The translations under genes were made by a program, and so were the position numbers. Shown here in pieces: positions 31,733 through 46,490 of a DNA stretch of 64,000 nt. Numbering within the stretch: position 1 is the first letter of the stretch; every line of letters starts with the position of its first letter. The notes beneath the pieces are model-generated. The model saw only the letters and a list, made by a program, of their open reading frames with translations. It did no database searches and was not told where the DNA came from. This DNA is from the human T2T-CHM13v2.0 reference genome, Homo sapiens, in NCBI RefSeq assembly GCF_009914755.1, contig NC_060927.1; one strand, written 5' to 3'.

Positions 31733-33374
31733 TCAAAACCCAGCAAGAGAGCACTTGTTTAACTGCTAACAAGAAGCAGCTGTTTTCCATGGGCGATCAA
31801 TCATTATTTTCTGTACTTTTTTTTCCAATAACCTTATTTTCAACTTATGTCGTGTCCTGCTGAGGACATGTTCAGGAGGCTTGTCATGTAACAGAACTGG
31901 ACACAGCTTGAGTTTTGAAACAGCAGACCTACAACTGAAAAAAGGAGTCCAATATTTCCTTCTTTAATGATTCTGCTATTATAATAATAATGGCTTTTAC
32001 AGAGACAGGCAAAGTGTAGATGGAGTTCTGGTTCCTGCATGGAAATTTGTGTGTGTTAAGTGGGGATATAGGACAGACAAGAGGATTTTTAAGTTGACTA
32101 TTTTACTTCAAGCTCTTTTTTGTTGTTGCTTTTATCTTCTCCTCGGGATAATACTTTCACCCTTATCAACTCGTCTTAGATGCCCAGTGGTCTCCACCGT
32201 ATCAAAAGCAGAATAAGGGAAGAATAGGTTAGTGCTGATTTAATTCTTAGTATTACTAAAAGTAAACTCTCTCAGAATTTTATTTAATTTTTATCAGTTT
32301 GTCTTTGGTAAATAAATCTCAAATATTTTGAATTAGGAGAGATAATTTGAAAGGATCCTCCTAAAACACCTTAATAATAATGAAAATAATATTAGAAGCT
32401 AACATTTATTGGCTTCTCACTATGTGTTAGGCTCTTTGTTATCAATTTTTTAAATCCTCAAACCAATCTTATGGGTTAGGCACTATTACTGAGGTACATT
32501 TTATACAGATAATAAAAGCTTAACAAGGTTAAGTAACCAGCAGCCTTAGCATCACATAAAAGAATGTTACAAATGCAAAATCTCAGCCCCCACTCTTGAC
32601 CTTAAAAAAACAGAAACTTAGAATGTGAAACCCAACAATCTTTTTGTTTTAATTAACCAATTGGTTTTAGTAAACCCTCCAGGTAAATTGGATACCATTA
32701 ATTTTGAGAACCACTTCCAAGCCTTTCTAGTGGAACTTCTCACCAGTCTTTTTTTCCTTTGTGCTAGAGGGCAGGGGCTGTGTTATGTTTGTTTCTGTGT
32801 TTCAGTGCCTAAAAATGTGTCATACATGAAAAGTGTTCAGTAAATGTGCACTGCATAGTCATGGATGAATCTATAATGAATCATCCTATGTAGCTGTATT
32901 TGGGGATGATCTGATTATTCACATGCCCATTTTAACCAGGTCCGTTTTCTCATCTCTTGGGTAGAAAGGCCTGTAATACCTTTCCAGCAAACATTAGTCT
33001 TCTGAGACACCAGGACCAATGTGCAGTCATGGGATTTTTATTTGTGAATTAGAGCATTCTTTTTAAGACCTCAATCCCTCAGCAATGCAGCTGATGTATT
33101 GTGCTTTCTTTCTTTCTTTTTTTTTTTTTTTGTTTTGGACAAGATGGGAGTGGGGAATGGAGGATAAAAGCAAGGGTTTCTACTATGTTCTAAGGCATTC
33201 AAGAGAATCACAAATAAGAGTAGCTAAGCAGACGAGTCTTGAACACCTAAAAAAAATAAGCATCAAATTTTGAAATACTAATTTAAATCTGTGAAACTAC
33301 ATTATAAGGCAGGTCATAATTAATAAAACAATGTATGCAGATAGTTATTAACAATGTTGAGTGTGTTACTGTAT

Positions 33375-33520
33375 CAAGAGCATTAGAATACGAATCAGCA
33401 GGCCAGGGCTCCAGACTCTTTCTGACCATTACTTGCCATGTGCTGATGGATGAACATCTAAGCTCTCTGGACCTGTTTCTTCATCTGTGAAATGGAGGAA
33501 ATAGCCCTGCCTACCTCATA
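33375..33520 (+). mobile_element. MIR fragment
   Basis: CTCTCTGGACCTGTTTCTTCATCTGTGAAATGGAGG...CCTACCTCATA. Confidence 0.6.
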
Positions 33521-36500
33521 AGTTTATTTATTCATTTATTGTCAGTCACGGTGATGAAGCTTCATTTCACAAGATTATGAGCCTCATAAGTTTGTTAAGA
33601 CAAACAAAAAACACAATGTACAGGTATTTCTACTATAATATGAGTTCCTAGAAAACCTCACAGCCCTAAAAATCATTAATGAAAACAAGGGCACAATACT
33701 AAAAACAAATGCAACTTTATAACCTGAGCTCTATCTAAAATGACCATACTCATAACAATACTGTTGCAATTTCAAAGACAAATGAAATCCTAATAAATCA
33801 ATTCTGCAGTAAATATAGAACTTTGCCTTAAGAAAAAAAAGGAGAGAGAGAGAGAGAAAGAAAGAGAGAGAGAAGTTGGCTTGATAAAAGGGGGTAAGGA
33901 AGGATTGAGGCTTTTGAGCTATGGAAGGCAGGTCAAAATATACAAAGTGCAATGGGTATGTGCTTCCAAGAGCATGGATTTGGTTAACCCAAGTTAAGAG
34001 GAAGAATATGGAGTAAGGGAGGCATTGTACGTAGTCCTAAAGTTGTGTAGTGTACATTTAGCTGCTGGCACTTGGTTGGGCAAAACACTAATATGCTAAA
34101 AAAATTTAGATCTGAACCAATGCATTAAATTACCCTAATTCCTTCATTTACCAATATCTTATCTGCTAATTCTCCTTCCAGCAGCACTTGTTTAAAAAAC
34201 AGGCTGCATTTGAAAGTGTTGTAAAGCGTGGCACAGAAGTAGGCTAGTATTATTAACATTACTTTATCCAGGTTTATAAAGAAAGGCCCAATATAACTAA
34301 AGTCATTAGTGTAATCAAGTCCTCTATGAATTTTTCATTAAATCTTTTACAATATGCAAATGGTAGTGTGCCGAGTGACTTCAGGAATATTAGTCAAATG
34401 AACTATTTGTTGTGGTCTGTGAATTCTATTCTGAGTGATTGGGATGTATCTTTGGATGCAATCAGTCAATGTCCCTGTGTTTATGAAAATTCTACAGCGA
34501 TGCCAAGACAATCTTAGCGTCTCCAGGAATTAGTCATTTAGAATAACTAAGCCTCCTAGAATTTTGTTTCTGCACAAAATTATTTTCATTTGGAATCTTT
34601 TCTAACTTAAAATTATGGCAAGTAGAATAGTATATCACAATAGTAATGCATTTCTTCTTACCATGGCCCTAGGAGTCTGGAAAGTATAAACCGGTTTTTC
34701 CACCCATTTCTTCATCTAATCTACTCTCCTCACCTACATTTAGGCACACCTTCCCTGGATTTTGAATCCATTTGCCTCACAAAGTGGTTGTGATGCTGCA
34801 GGTTTTGAAAGCCTAAACAACTTGAAGGGAATTTTACTAGATTAAGTGGGGAAAGAATTTGGGAAAATATAAAAAGTGTTAGACTTTTGTGTGAAGACTA
34901 GAAAAAAAAATACACCAAGATGTTAACATAGAGTCTCTCCGAAGAGTGGCTTTCTGGGATATTTAATTTCCTTTTGAAAAATTATTTCCTGTTGTCTCCA
35001 TCTTGTAACTATAGTAATATGTTATCTTTATAATCATATTTTAAAATGTTTATGCCTGAGGTAAGCTTGAGAACAGGGTAGGGACCTATTTCCTTAGATT
35101 AAGAAGATTGTTTAAGTTCTAGTTTTAAAATTCTGAGATCCATCTGTCTGTCTATCTATCTATCTATAATATCTACCTATCATCACTTGTTTAGAGGAGA
35201 AGAGAGTACTGTGTCACCCTTTACAGGGATATTAATGCTGATACACAATGATATATATAAGTGAATTTGAGGTTTTTCATTATGGATTGGACAAGATTAT
35301 TCACACCTCTCTCTCTTTTTGAAAACAAAAATGCACGTGTATAGGGTCTGCTTAATGTAAAAAATAGTAGTTAATGGCCTCCAGATAATAAAGTAATTTC
35401 TTTAGATTTCATCCTGGTATTCAATCTGTAATCTGGGTCTTCTTCACTTCCCTGTTCTTTCATTGAACTCATTCACTGACATTTTTGAAAATATTAAGTA
35501 GATTTTAGAATCAGTAAGTGTTACCAACAATATCAGAAAAAAATAATCTTAGTGAGCTAGAATCACCCAAGAATTTATCAGCCGAAGTCACCTTTGTCTT
35601 TCATCTTATGAAGAGGTGGGAATAGGGGAGGTGGAAAGTAAATTAACCCTTTTTGCTGTCCCTTAATATTTCAGGAAATGAGTATATATAAAAAAGACTT
35701 ATTATCTCTATCCCTTAGGGAGATTGTCAGGGTTTTTAATACAGTATTCTAAGAGGTTTGGATACGATGCTAATGAGCATACTGAACTGTATTCACTGTA
35801 TTAAAAACTCATTTGCTTCTTCCTTTCTATGTTTAGAAATGTTTTTAAGACCAGTTGCTAGATTATTCATTTTCACCTCATTAATGTAAAAAAGAAAGTA
35901 TGTTTATGGTCTTGAACTTTGTGAGTTTGGTGTGAGGAAATAAACAGTAGCTTTTAAATATGTATGTTGCTCTTAATCAAAAGAAAATCTTTCATAGGTT
36001 GATAATAGAAAGATTCAGCACATTACTTTTGAGATGACATTTTGATAATGTATGATTTAAATGGGAAATATATGTATTAAATTTCTGTGAAAATATTCAT
36101 GAGAATATTAGAGATACATTTGGATGTGAGGATATTTAAAAGTAATAGAAAGTTTTTCTGGGCTCAAAATATATTTCTGAACAATTAAATTTGAAAATCT
36201 CTACTATAAAAATCTCTAATATATTTTTATTAAAGGAAAGAAAATGATACTAAATGTCAAAATTTATACTCAAAATAATATATTTTAAAATAAAACTTTT
36301 ATATCCTTATCCTGTAATTTCTGTACTTATACTTAAAGTATTATACCAAATGTTATTACTCTTGCTTAAAGAAACTTTTGAGAGAATCTTGAAGGTATTT
36401 TGTTCAGAGTTTATTAGAATCTTAGAATTTCAGTTAAAGTTTTCCTTTATACTGAGTGAAATATATGGAACAATTATTAAGCATTTGTAGCAAATCAAAA

Positions 36501-36687
36501 TAAAGGTGATTATAACAAAAAATAGAGCATTTTTCACATTGTAATATAAATTAAAAATTAGATGAAACTGAGCAAGAATATCTTTTCTTTATACAACTTT
36601 CCACTTGGTTAAAAAATTACAGCTTCAGTTAAAAGTGCATACAAAATTTATGAATTTTAGAATTTCTTCTTTAAGAAAAAGCTGGTT

Positions 36688-37590
36688 GATCATCAGAGAA
36701 ATGCTAATCAAAACTATGAGATATCATCTCACCTCAGTGAAAATGGCTGTTATTCAAAAGACAGACAATAACAAATGCTGGTGTAGATGTGGAGAAAAGA
36801 ACTCTTATACACTGTTGGTTGAGAATGTGAATTAGTAAAACTACTGTGGAAGACAGTTTGGAGGTGCCTCTGAAAACTAGAAATTGAGCTACCATATGAT
36901 CCAGCAATCCCTCTACTGGGTATATACCAAAAAAATGAGACATCAGTATATCGAAGAGATATTTGCACTCTCACATTTGTGGCAGCACTGTTCATAATAG
37001 CCCAAATCTGGAAACAATCTAAGTGTCCCTCAACAGATGGATGAATAAAGAAAATGTGGCACATGCACACAATGGAGTACTATTCAGCCATAAAAAAGAA
37101 TGAAATCCTGTCATTTGCAATAACATGGATGGAACTGGAGGTCATTACGTTAAGTGAAATAAACCATGCACAGAAAGACAAACATCACATGTTTTCACTT
37201 ATTTGTGGGATCTAAAAATCAAAACAATTGAACTCATGGACATAGAGAGTAGAAAGATGGTTACCAGTGGCTGAGAAGGGTAGTGGGTGTTGTGAGAGAG
37301 GTAGAGATGGTTTATGGGTGCAAAAAAATAGAGTAAAAAAGATTTGGTATTTGATAGTACAACATGGTAAGTACAGTTAATATTAATGTAGTTGTATGTT
37401 TTAAAATAACTGAAAGAGTAAATTGGATTGTTTGTATCATAAAGGATAAATCCTTGAGGGGATGTATACGGCATTCTCTATGATGTGATTACTATGCATC
37501 ACATGCCTGTATCAAAGCATCTCATGTACTGTATAAATATATACATACTTACTATGTACCCACAAAAATTAAAAATTAAAAAAATGAAAA
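36688..37590 (+). mobile_element. L1MA2/3-like 3' end (ORF2 C-terminus + 3'UTR)
   Basis: Encodes IIREMLIKTMRYHLT..KMA. 3'UTR ends TATGTACCCACAAAAATTAAAAATTAAAAAA. Possible degenerate TSD AAGAAAAAG/AAGAAAAGG. Confidence 0.88.
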
Positions 37591-38273
37591 AGAAAAGGTT
37601 TGTCTTAGGGAAATTTCAGTAAATTGCATTTGAAGTTTGTTGATGATGGGGGCTGAGCATTAATGTTTTTTGTCTTCCACGTAACCTCACAGAGTCATAT
37701 TACTAGTAAATACCTGTTTTTTATTGATTCAGTTAACCAGAAATTTATCTGCCATTATTATTTTTAAGAAAACACATTAAAGCTCTGCCTTTTAAAAACT
37801 ATCTTTTCTTGATGTTGTTTTATGTAACTAAATAATTTGTCACTCTTTTGCTGTGTTTTATCTTTTTCAGTTACAATGCCTGTGGAATTTTGTCCAGGTT
37901 TCTGAGTGCAGGCTTCCATTTTAATTATCTTTCCACTTATTTTCAATTATCCATAATTTTACTTGCATTTAGTAAACATCTTTTCTTTACCACAGTTTTA
38001 TCTCTCTTTATTAAACATTTTTTTTGCTTTAATCTCAGGAGAGCCTCAGAGAAGAAATTCAATAGTTTCCACCAATAGACTCATCCTTAGAAATTAATAG
38101 TAAAATGTTGTTTTACAGAAACATGTTACATGTTCAGAAATACGTTATATATTCCCATAAAACTGGAAGCCAAATTATTTCCAACATTAACATTTTACTA
38201 TATTTTTTTGAAAATTTTTTATTGTGAATTATTTTGTTTCATATTTGGTTTTAAGCCCGATTTTTAAATGAAT

Positions 38274-38714
38274 TGTCACAAGGTGGATTCCCAGGAAGCA
38301 CACTCTGAGATGGAGATAAATGAGCCAGCATTTTATAGGGAGTGCCCTTAGGCTCAACAACAGTGGGTGGAAAGGCGGGGAAACAGGAATGGACAGGAGA
38401 AAATGGAGGGTGATGCAGTCACACAAAAGCTTCAGCCCATCTTAGGGGAAGTTCTGAAGCTGGGATAGCCCTTCACAGTAGTCCTCACATAGGACCAGGG
38501 GTTGGGTTTTTATACTCCACATGAACCAGTCATTAGATTTGTGCTGTCCCAGAAAGGGAACATGTCCTTGGATAAGGGAGCTATCTTCAGCAAAAGCACC
38601 CCAAGGAGGGGTGACAGCTAAAGGCTGTAGACTGGCGGCACTCCTGGCACGTGGGGTGGAAGCCTTCGTTACTGAAAGGAGATCCGGGTGGTAGATCTGA
38701 TAGCATCCACTACA
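38274..38714. mobile_element. ERVL-class solo LTR (LTR16/33/40-like; family uncertain)
   Basis: TGTCACAAGGTGGATTCCCAGGAAGCACACTCTGAGATGGAG...GCATCCACTACA. TG...CA ends and a GC-richer block in AT-rich context. Confidence 0.55.
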
Positions 38715-39330
38715 GTAGCCTATCATGTGAAGAGGTTGACACATTTAGTGAGTGCAAATTGAGCTGTTTTGAGCTGAGGGACTCTCATAACTTGGCACAC
38801 GTAATTCAGCAGTTGCTGCTTTCTTTGCCTACCTGCTTGAATCCCTGACGTTTTAGTTTTCTTTGCATATTTCGAAAACCAACAAGTGATGTGCTTTGTT
38901 TTCTGATATTTTGTGTTACAAATAAATATGAAGACTTCATAGATTTAAATGACAGTGGGTCTGTTATATTGCTATCTGTGTGTAGTTTTTCTTAAAATAT
39001 TAGGGTAGATTTCAATATGGTTTCTCTGATGACCTTGTATAATTTGAATGGACACTTTTAATTAGAGCCTGCAAAATTTCTAAATGTGCCATATGGTTTG
39101 CATAAAGATTTAGAATAAAAGTAAGGATAATTATTGTCTGTGGAATAGCTAAAAGAATGTTCAACTAGCCAACTATCAAATGTGATTCAGATGTTAAAAA
39201 ATAAAAAACTGAAGCAACAGTAATCAGTTTGGAATTACATGTAATAATTATTTCTGGATTTTTTATTTTCTGTAGAATTTGTGGTAAAATCTTAATGAAA
39301 GTATTAAAGACTCCCTCCTAAAAAAAAGTA

Positions 39331-41712
39331 CAGACATACTTGTCTTATTGCACTTCACTTTACTGTGCTTTGCAGATACTGCAGTTTTTATAAATTGAAG
39401 GTTTGTGGCAACCCCATGTCAAGCAAGTCTATCAGCACCATATATTTCCCAATAGCATGTGCTCACTTCATGTCTCTGTGTCATGTTTTGGTAATTCTAG
39501 CCATATTTCAACATTTTTTATTATTATGTCTGTTGTAATTTGTGATCGGTGATCTTCGATATAAATATAGTTGTTTGGGGGCGTCACAAATTATGCCCAA
39601 ATAAGATGGTGAACTTAATCAATAAATGTTGTGTGTGTTCTGACTACGTCACCATCCCGCTGCTCCCCAATCTCTTTCCTGCTCCTCAAGCCTCCCTATA
39701 CCCTGAAACACAACAATATTGAAATTAGGCCAATTAAAAACCCTACAATGGCCTCTAAGTGTTCAAGTGAAAGGAAGAGTCACATGTCTCTCACTTTAAA
39801 TCAAAAGTTAGAAATGATGAAGCTTAGTGAGAAAGGCATGTCAAAAGCCTCTTGTACCAAACAGTTAGCTAAGTTGTGAATGCAAAAAAGAAAAAAAAAG
39901 TTATTGAAGGAGATTAAAAGTTCTGCTCCAATGAAAACATGAATCATAAGAAACCTTAAGGCTGTATGAAGAAGGTTTTATTGATCTGGATAGAAGATCA
40001 AACCAGTCATAACATTCTCTCCAGCCAAAGCCTAATCCAGAGCAAAGCCTTAACTGTCTTCAATTTCTTGAAAGCTGAGAGAGGTAAGGAAGCTACAGTA
40101 GAAAAGTTGGAAGCCAGCAGAGCTTGGGTAATGAGGTTTAAGGAAGGCTGTCTCCATAACATAAAAGTGCAAGGTGGAGTAGCAAGTGCTGACAGAGAAA
40201 CAACAGCAAATTATCCAGAAGGTAGAGCTAAGCTAATTGATAAAGGTGTCTATGCTAAAAAGTAGATTATAAATGGGGATGCAACAGTCTTCTATTGGAA
40301 GAACATGCCATTTAGGACTTCCATAGCTAGAGAGATGTCAATGCCTGGTTTCAAAGCTTCAAAGGACAGGCTGAGTTTCTGGTTAGGGGCTAATGCAGCT
40401 GGTGACTTTAAGTTGAAGCCAATGCTTATTTACCATTCCAAAAATCCTAAGGTCCTTAAGAGTTATGCTAAATCTACTCTGCCTGTGCTCTATAAATGGA
40501 ACAAATAAGCCTGATGACAACACATCTGTTTACAGTATGGTTGATGAAATATTTTAAGCCCATTGTTGAGACAATTCTCAGGGAAAAGGGATTTCTTTCA
40601 AAATATTATTGCTCATTGACAATACACCTGGTTAGCTAAGAGCTTTGAGGGAGATGTACAAATAGATTAATGATTTTATGCCTGCTAACACAACACCCAT
40701 TCTGCAGCGTGTGGATCAAGGGGGACAATGATCCTTATTTATTTAAGAAGTATGTTTCATAAGGCGATGGCTGCCATAAGTAGTGATTCCTCTGATAGAT
40801 CTGGGAAGAATAAATTTAAAATCTTTTGGAAAGAGTTCATCATTCTAGATGCCATTAAGAACACTTGTGATCATGGGAGGAATTCAAAATATGAACATGA
40901 ACAGGAGCTTGGAATAAGTTGTAGATGACTTTGAGGAGTTCAAGACTTCATCCAACTGTTGTGGATGACTTTGAGGAGTTCAAGACTTCATGGAGGAAGT
41001 AAATGCAGATGTGGTGGAAATAGAAAGAGAACTAGAATTAGACTTGGAGCCTGAAGATGTGACTGAACTGCTGCAATGTTATGACCAAACTTTAACGGAT
41101 GAGGAGTTGCTTCTTACGGATAAGCAAAGAAAGTGGGTTCTTGAGAAGGAATCTTGAAAGAGTGTGGACGTTGTTGAAATGACAACAGGGCATTTAGAAT
41201 ATTACATAAACATAGTTGATAAACCAATGGCAAGGTTTGAGAGAATTGATTCCAATTTTGAAAGAAGATCTACTGTGGGTAAAATGCTATCAAACAGCAT
41301 TGTGTGCTACAGAGAAATATTTCATGAAAGGAAGAGTCAATTGATGTAACAAACTTTTTTGTTGTCTTATTTTAAGAAATTGCTACCATCACCCCAAACT
41401 TCAGCAACTACCACCCTGATCAGTCAGCAACCATCAACATCAAGGCAAGACCCTATACTAGGAAAAAGATAATGACTCACAGAAAGCTCAAATGATCATT
41501 AGCACTTTTTAGCAATAAAGTATTTTTAATTAAGGTATGTACATTGTCTTTGAGACATAATGCTATTGCACAGTTAGTAGACTACAGTGTAGTATAAATA
41601 TAATCTTTAATGCTCTAGGAAACCAAAAAATTCATGTGACTCACTTTATTTCCATATTTACTTTATTGCAGTGGTCTGGAACTGAACCTGCAATATCTCT
41701 GAGGTACTTTTG
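39331..41712 (+). mobile_element. Near full-length Tigger1 (pogo-family DNA transposon) with decayed transposase
   Basis: TA dinucleotides flank both ends (39329-39330, 41713-41714). Degenerate TIRs CAGACATAC.../...GAGGTACTTTTG. Transposase fragments [58 protein letters not shown]...[18 protein letters not shown] and [21 protein letters not shown] are broken by stops and frameshifts. Confidence 0.95.
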
Positions 41713-41788
41713 TATGGTGGTGTAGATATCAGATATAACTTACTCTACCACATGTTTGGAGCAGGTACTTAAAAATACATTAAAACCT

Positions 41789-42084
41789 AGCCAGGCATGG
41801 TGGCTTATATCTGTAATCCCAGCACTTTGGGAAGCTGAGGAGGGCAGATTACCTGAGGTCAAGAGTTCGAGACAAGCCTGGCCAACATGGCAAAACCCCA
41901 TCTCTACTAAAACTACAAATATTACCTGGGTGTAGTGGCACACGCCTCTAATCCCAGCTACTTGGGAGGTTGAGGCAGGAGAATTGCTTGAACCCGGGAG
42001 ACAGAGGTTTCAATGAGCCAAGATCACACCACTGAACTCCAGCCTAGGTGACAGAGCGAGACTTGGTCTCAAAAAAAAAAAAAA
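41789..42084 (+). mobile_element. AluSx-like
   Basis: Full dimer with poly(A) tail. Confidence 0.92.
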
Positions 42085-42600
42085 ATTAAAAAATTAAAAA
42101 ATTTTCTGTGTGGTAAATAATGATGCTTTTTTCTGAAGTTTAGATTCTGAAATGTGGGCAATTGGCTTTGCTTCTAGCTCATCTTAAGTTAGTGAAGAAG
42201 TTAAAGAAAACCCTGGAAAGGCGTAATTGCAGCAATGTTATTATATATAGAATATGTTATATATTCACTGTCTGATAGAGATTAGCATCAACATGCCGTT
42301 GGTGATTTCAGATGTCCAGTTTTAGAGACACAATTCGTGTAAATTTAAAAGCACAGAAGCAATGCATTCTTATTATAATACGTATAATAAAGAGGAAGTG
42401 AAATTATTTCTTCAGTAACTTTTTCTGCCTTTTGTGCTCACCCTTCCCATTGCCTAGATTTAACTGCTGTTATCATTTCTGTGGGCATCCTTAGTCTTAG
42501 TGGTCTCCTTCTAAAATATATATGTATATGTGTGTGTGTATAGATTCAAAACATTTACTTAGATGCATACACACACACACATGTATATGCACACACACAT

Positions 42601-42822
42601 AGGTTGATTATCCAAGTATCCTTAATCTGAAAATATGATATATGAAATGCTCCAAAATTTGAAACTTTTTGAAGCTCAAAGGAAATTCTCATTGCATCAT
42701 TTTCAATTTTAGATTTTTGGATTAGGGATACTCAACTGGTAAGTATAATGTAAACTTTCCAAAATTTGAAAAAGTTGAAACCCAGAACACTTCTGATTCC
42801 AAGCATTCCAGATAAGGGGTTC
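42601..42822. mobile_element. Tigger4a (MER46A)-like MITE
   Basis: GAAATGCTCCAAAAT.TGAAACTTTTTG...TTTTTGGATTAGGGATACTCAAC...CCAAGCATTCCAGATAAGGG. Confidence 0.7.
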
Positions 42823-44149
42823 TCTCTCTCTTTCATGTATATCTATATATCCACACACACAGTCATCTATGTCATGTCACATATATTGGGCATGGACTCT
42901 TTTCTGTCTTTCTCTTTGACTTAGTATTATGACATAGATATATGTTCATTCCAGCACATTGAAATAAAACTTATTTTTTCAAACTGCTGCACAATATTCT
43001 GTAGGGTAAAGTTACCATTTATATATAAGCATGTAAAAGAATATAAATTGTGTTATTTAAGATATATTTAACTTGTTACAGTTAATTAATTTTATTAAAT
43101 AGGTAATTTTGTATTATTTTGTTTATTCCTTTTTTCTCCACATTTGATTATTATATTTTGCAAAAGTTTAAATATTTCATTTTTATTTTAATATTTTGAG
43201 TAGAATATTAATTGTAAAATAAATCTTCTATTATGTATTTTAAAGTAACTTTATGTTCTTCTCGTCTATATTTTCCTTTTCTCTGAAGCAGCTTCTTCTG
43301 TGCTTTTTCTCTTTTCTGAGAATGCAAGTTCCTCTACAACGTTATATAAGAGCAAATGCCAGGTTCATCATAAATAGGTACAATCTTATAAATTAAAGTT
43401 TACCTCTAAATATAGTTTATATTTTGGGTTGAACTTCCAATTTTTGAAACATACATGATAAAACTCTGACCTACTACAGCACATTCTTCCAATTTCTAAT
43501 CAATGTCCATTCAACCACAGCAATAACTGCTTCATAAGCTAAATTAGAGTGCCTTCTTATTGCTGATAATTCTTGGTACAGCCTCTTGAGCATCAAGTGC
43601 AAATTTCAAGAGAATCCATCCCTATACAAATTCAGCGTTATCAGCCTGAATCCAGACAGCTTTTGCTTCCTTTTGAATGTTACTAGCCTGTACTTTTCCA
43701 TCTCTTTCATTTGTGCTGCCTTTGTGAATCCACAAAATCACGTTCAGAACAGTAGTGGAAGAAAGAGCACAGGGGTTAGACGCATGTTTCTTTACTAAAG
43801 CACTTCAGCCCTTACAAATTTATCTTCCTTGTTCAATTCTCACTGAGAACCTCATCTATGTCTTGTTTGCCTGCAGTCAGAAACTCTTAAATGATAAGCC
43901 TGAAAATGTATTTTTCTAACATTGTCACATCAGGTGCTAACAGAGTTCTCCCTTTTGGAATCAGATACACTCTCTAAAAATGAATGACTTAAATCTTGGT
44001 CCATCCTGTGAAATTTGTTGAAATATTTCTAACATCCGCCAAATATATTCTTGGTACCACTGCCTCTTTGGGATCAAAGATTTGTCTCTTGATAAGTGGA
44101 TTTTTTTTATTATATCTCTTTTAGGTTAAGCAAGTTATTTTGTTACCAA

Positions 44150-44565
44150 GTATGTATATTATTATTCATTTTTAATTAATACATCTTTCTTGGGTATCTA
44201 CTATTCCCAAGATATTATGGTAAGTGCCAGGGGTCATTTACTTCTAGATCTAATGAAGTCTTTATGAAAGATGAAGAATCTCAGCTGGGACATGAAAAAT
44301 TGTAGAATTTCTGCTTATGGAAAATGGAAAGATCACTCCAGATGCAGGGTTTTAAATGAGTTAGGGCATAGAGTTAGCAAACAGCCTCTGCAATAATAAG
44401 TGACAGTTTGATTCAGGCCCTGAGCACAGAAAACAAAGTAGTGAGATGTTAGTCTGGAAGGAGGGTCAGAGCTGGAGAACTAGCTTGGATGTGAGGAGTT
44501 TGCTGTCCATCCTGAAGACATTAGGAACACACTGGAAATGGGAATTTGCCAACATATTAATAGTT
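44150..44565 (-). mobile_element. L2 fragment, interrupted by a complex insertion at ~44566-44774
   Basis: Purine-rich antisense L2 3' motifs (CATTTTTAATTAATACATC...CTACTA, GTGAGGAGTTTG...CATCCTGAAG). L2-like sequence seems to resume after 44775. Confidence 0.5.
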
Positions 44566-44774
44566 TTCAGCAAACAACCAATAACTTTCAGACATTGGTT
44601 CATGAAACTCTGACATAAAGGTCGATAGTTTGATAGAATAGGCGAGGTACAGGTATCCTTCGATAAAGCAGTGTTAGCAGCACAATGGCCAGGATGGCTG
44701 AACTGCTGAAGGAGCCCTAACTCATTTAAAACCCTGCATCTGGAGTGATCTTTCCGTTTTTCCATAAGCAGAAA
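44308..44774. repeat. Near-perfect 60-bp inverted repeat, 346-bp spacer
   Basis: 44308-44367 is the reverse complement of 44714-44774, with one substitution and one 1-nt indel. Confidence 0.93.
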
Positions 44775-45110
44775 ATGGTGGCAATGGAGCAGAGACTGAG
44801 TGGGGGACCACTGGCTTTTGCAGTTGGAGGAGGGAGCAGAATGAGGGAACAGAGTGAGCAAAATGGAAGACAAGGAAAAATAACCAGTGGTAAAGGAGTG
44901 AGGAAGATATATGCTGAAGGGAGTAACTGATGTTATGAAGCCTGAAGGATGGAAATGGAATCAGATGGAAGGCATAATCTTGTCAAATTTACTTTAGGAC
45001 CCATGGCAAGGAAAAGAAAATGAGTGGAAACAAGGCATTTTGTGCCACAAAGAGGGAAGTTAGGAGAGTCTTCACTACCTAGCCAAGGTTTACAATAAGA
45101 TCAAAAGGGA

Positions 45111-46280
<1,170 letters not shown>

Positions 46281-46490
46281 GTATATGTTGTGTTTGTGCA
46301 CACGTGCATGTGTGTGGGGTGTGTGTGTGAGGATGTATCTTAAGGGCAGCACATATTGAAAGCTTAGAATAGTCATTCTGCAGAATTCAATAGGGAATCA
46401 ACATGTGCTGAATGGTAAATAATACATAGTTCCTTCAATAATGCTGTAATTCATGAGTGTCTTTGGAGTTAAAGCAGAATAAGTGGATGG

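Noticed and set aside
32758-32776. GCTAGAGGGCAG CTCF-like motif
   Set aside because: It lacks the conserved CC at the start of the core, and a partial match is expected by chance in 64 kb.
39631-41349. Transposase ORFs as a domesticated TIGD/pogo gene
   Set aside because: Split into at least five short pieces by stops and frameshifts, so it is a decayed Tigger1.
44466-44873. 135-aa minus-strand ORF spanning the complex insertion
   Set aside because: No recognisable domain, non-ATG start, and it crosses unrelated repeat and insert segments. Likely chance.
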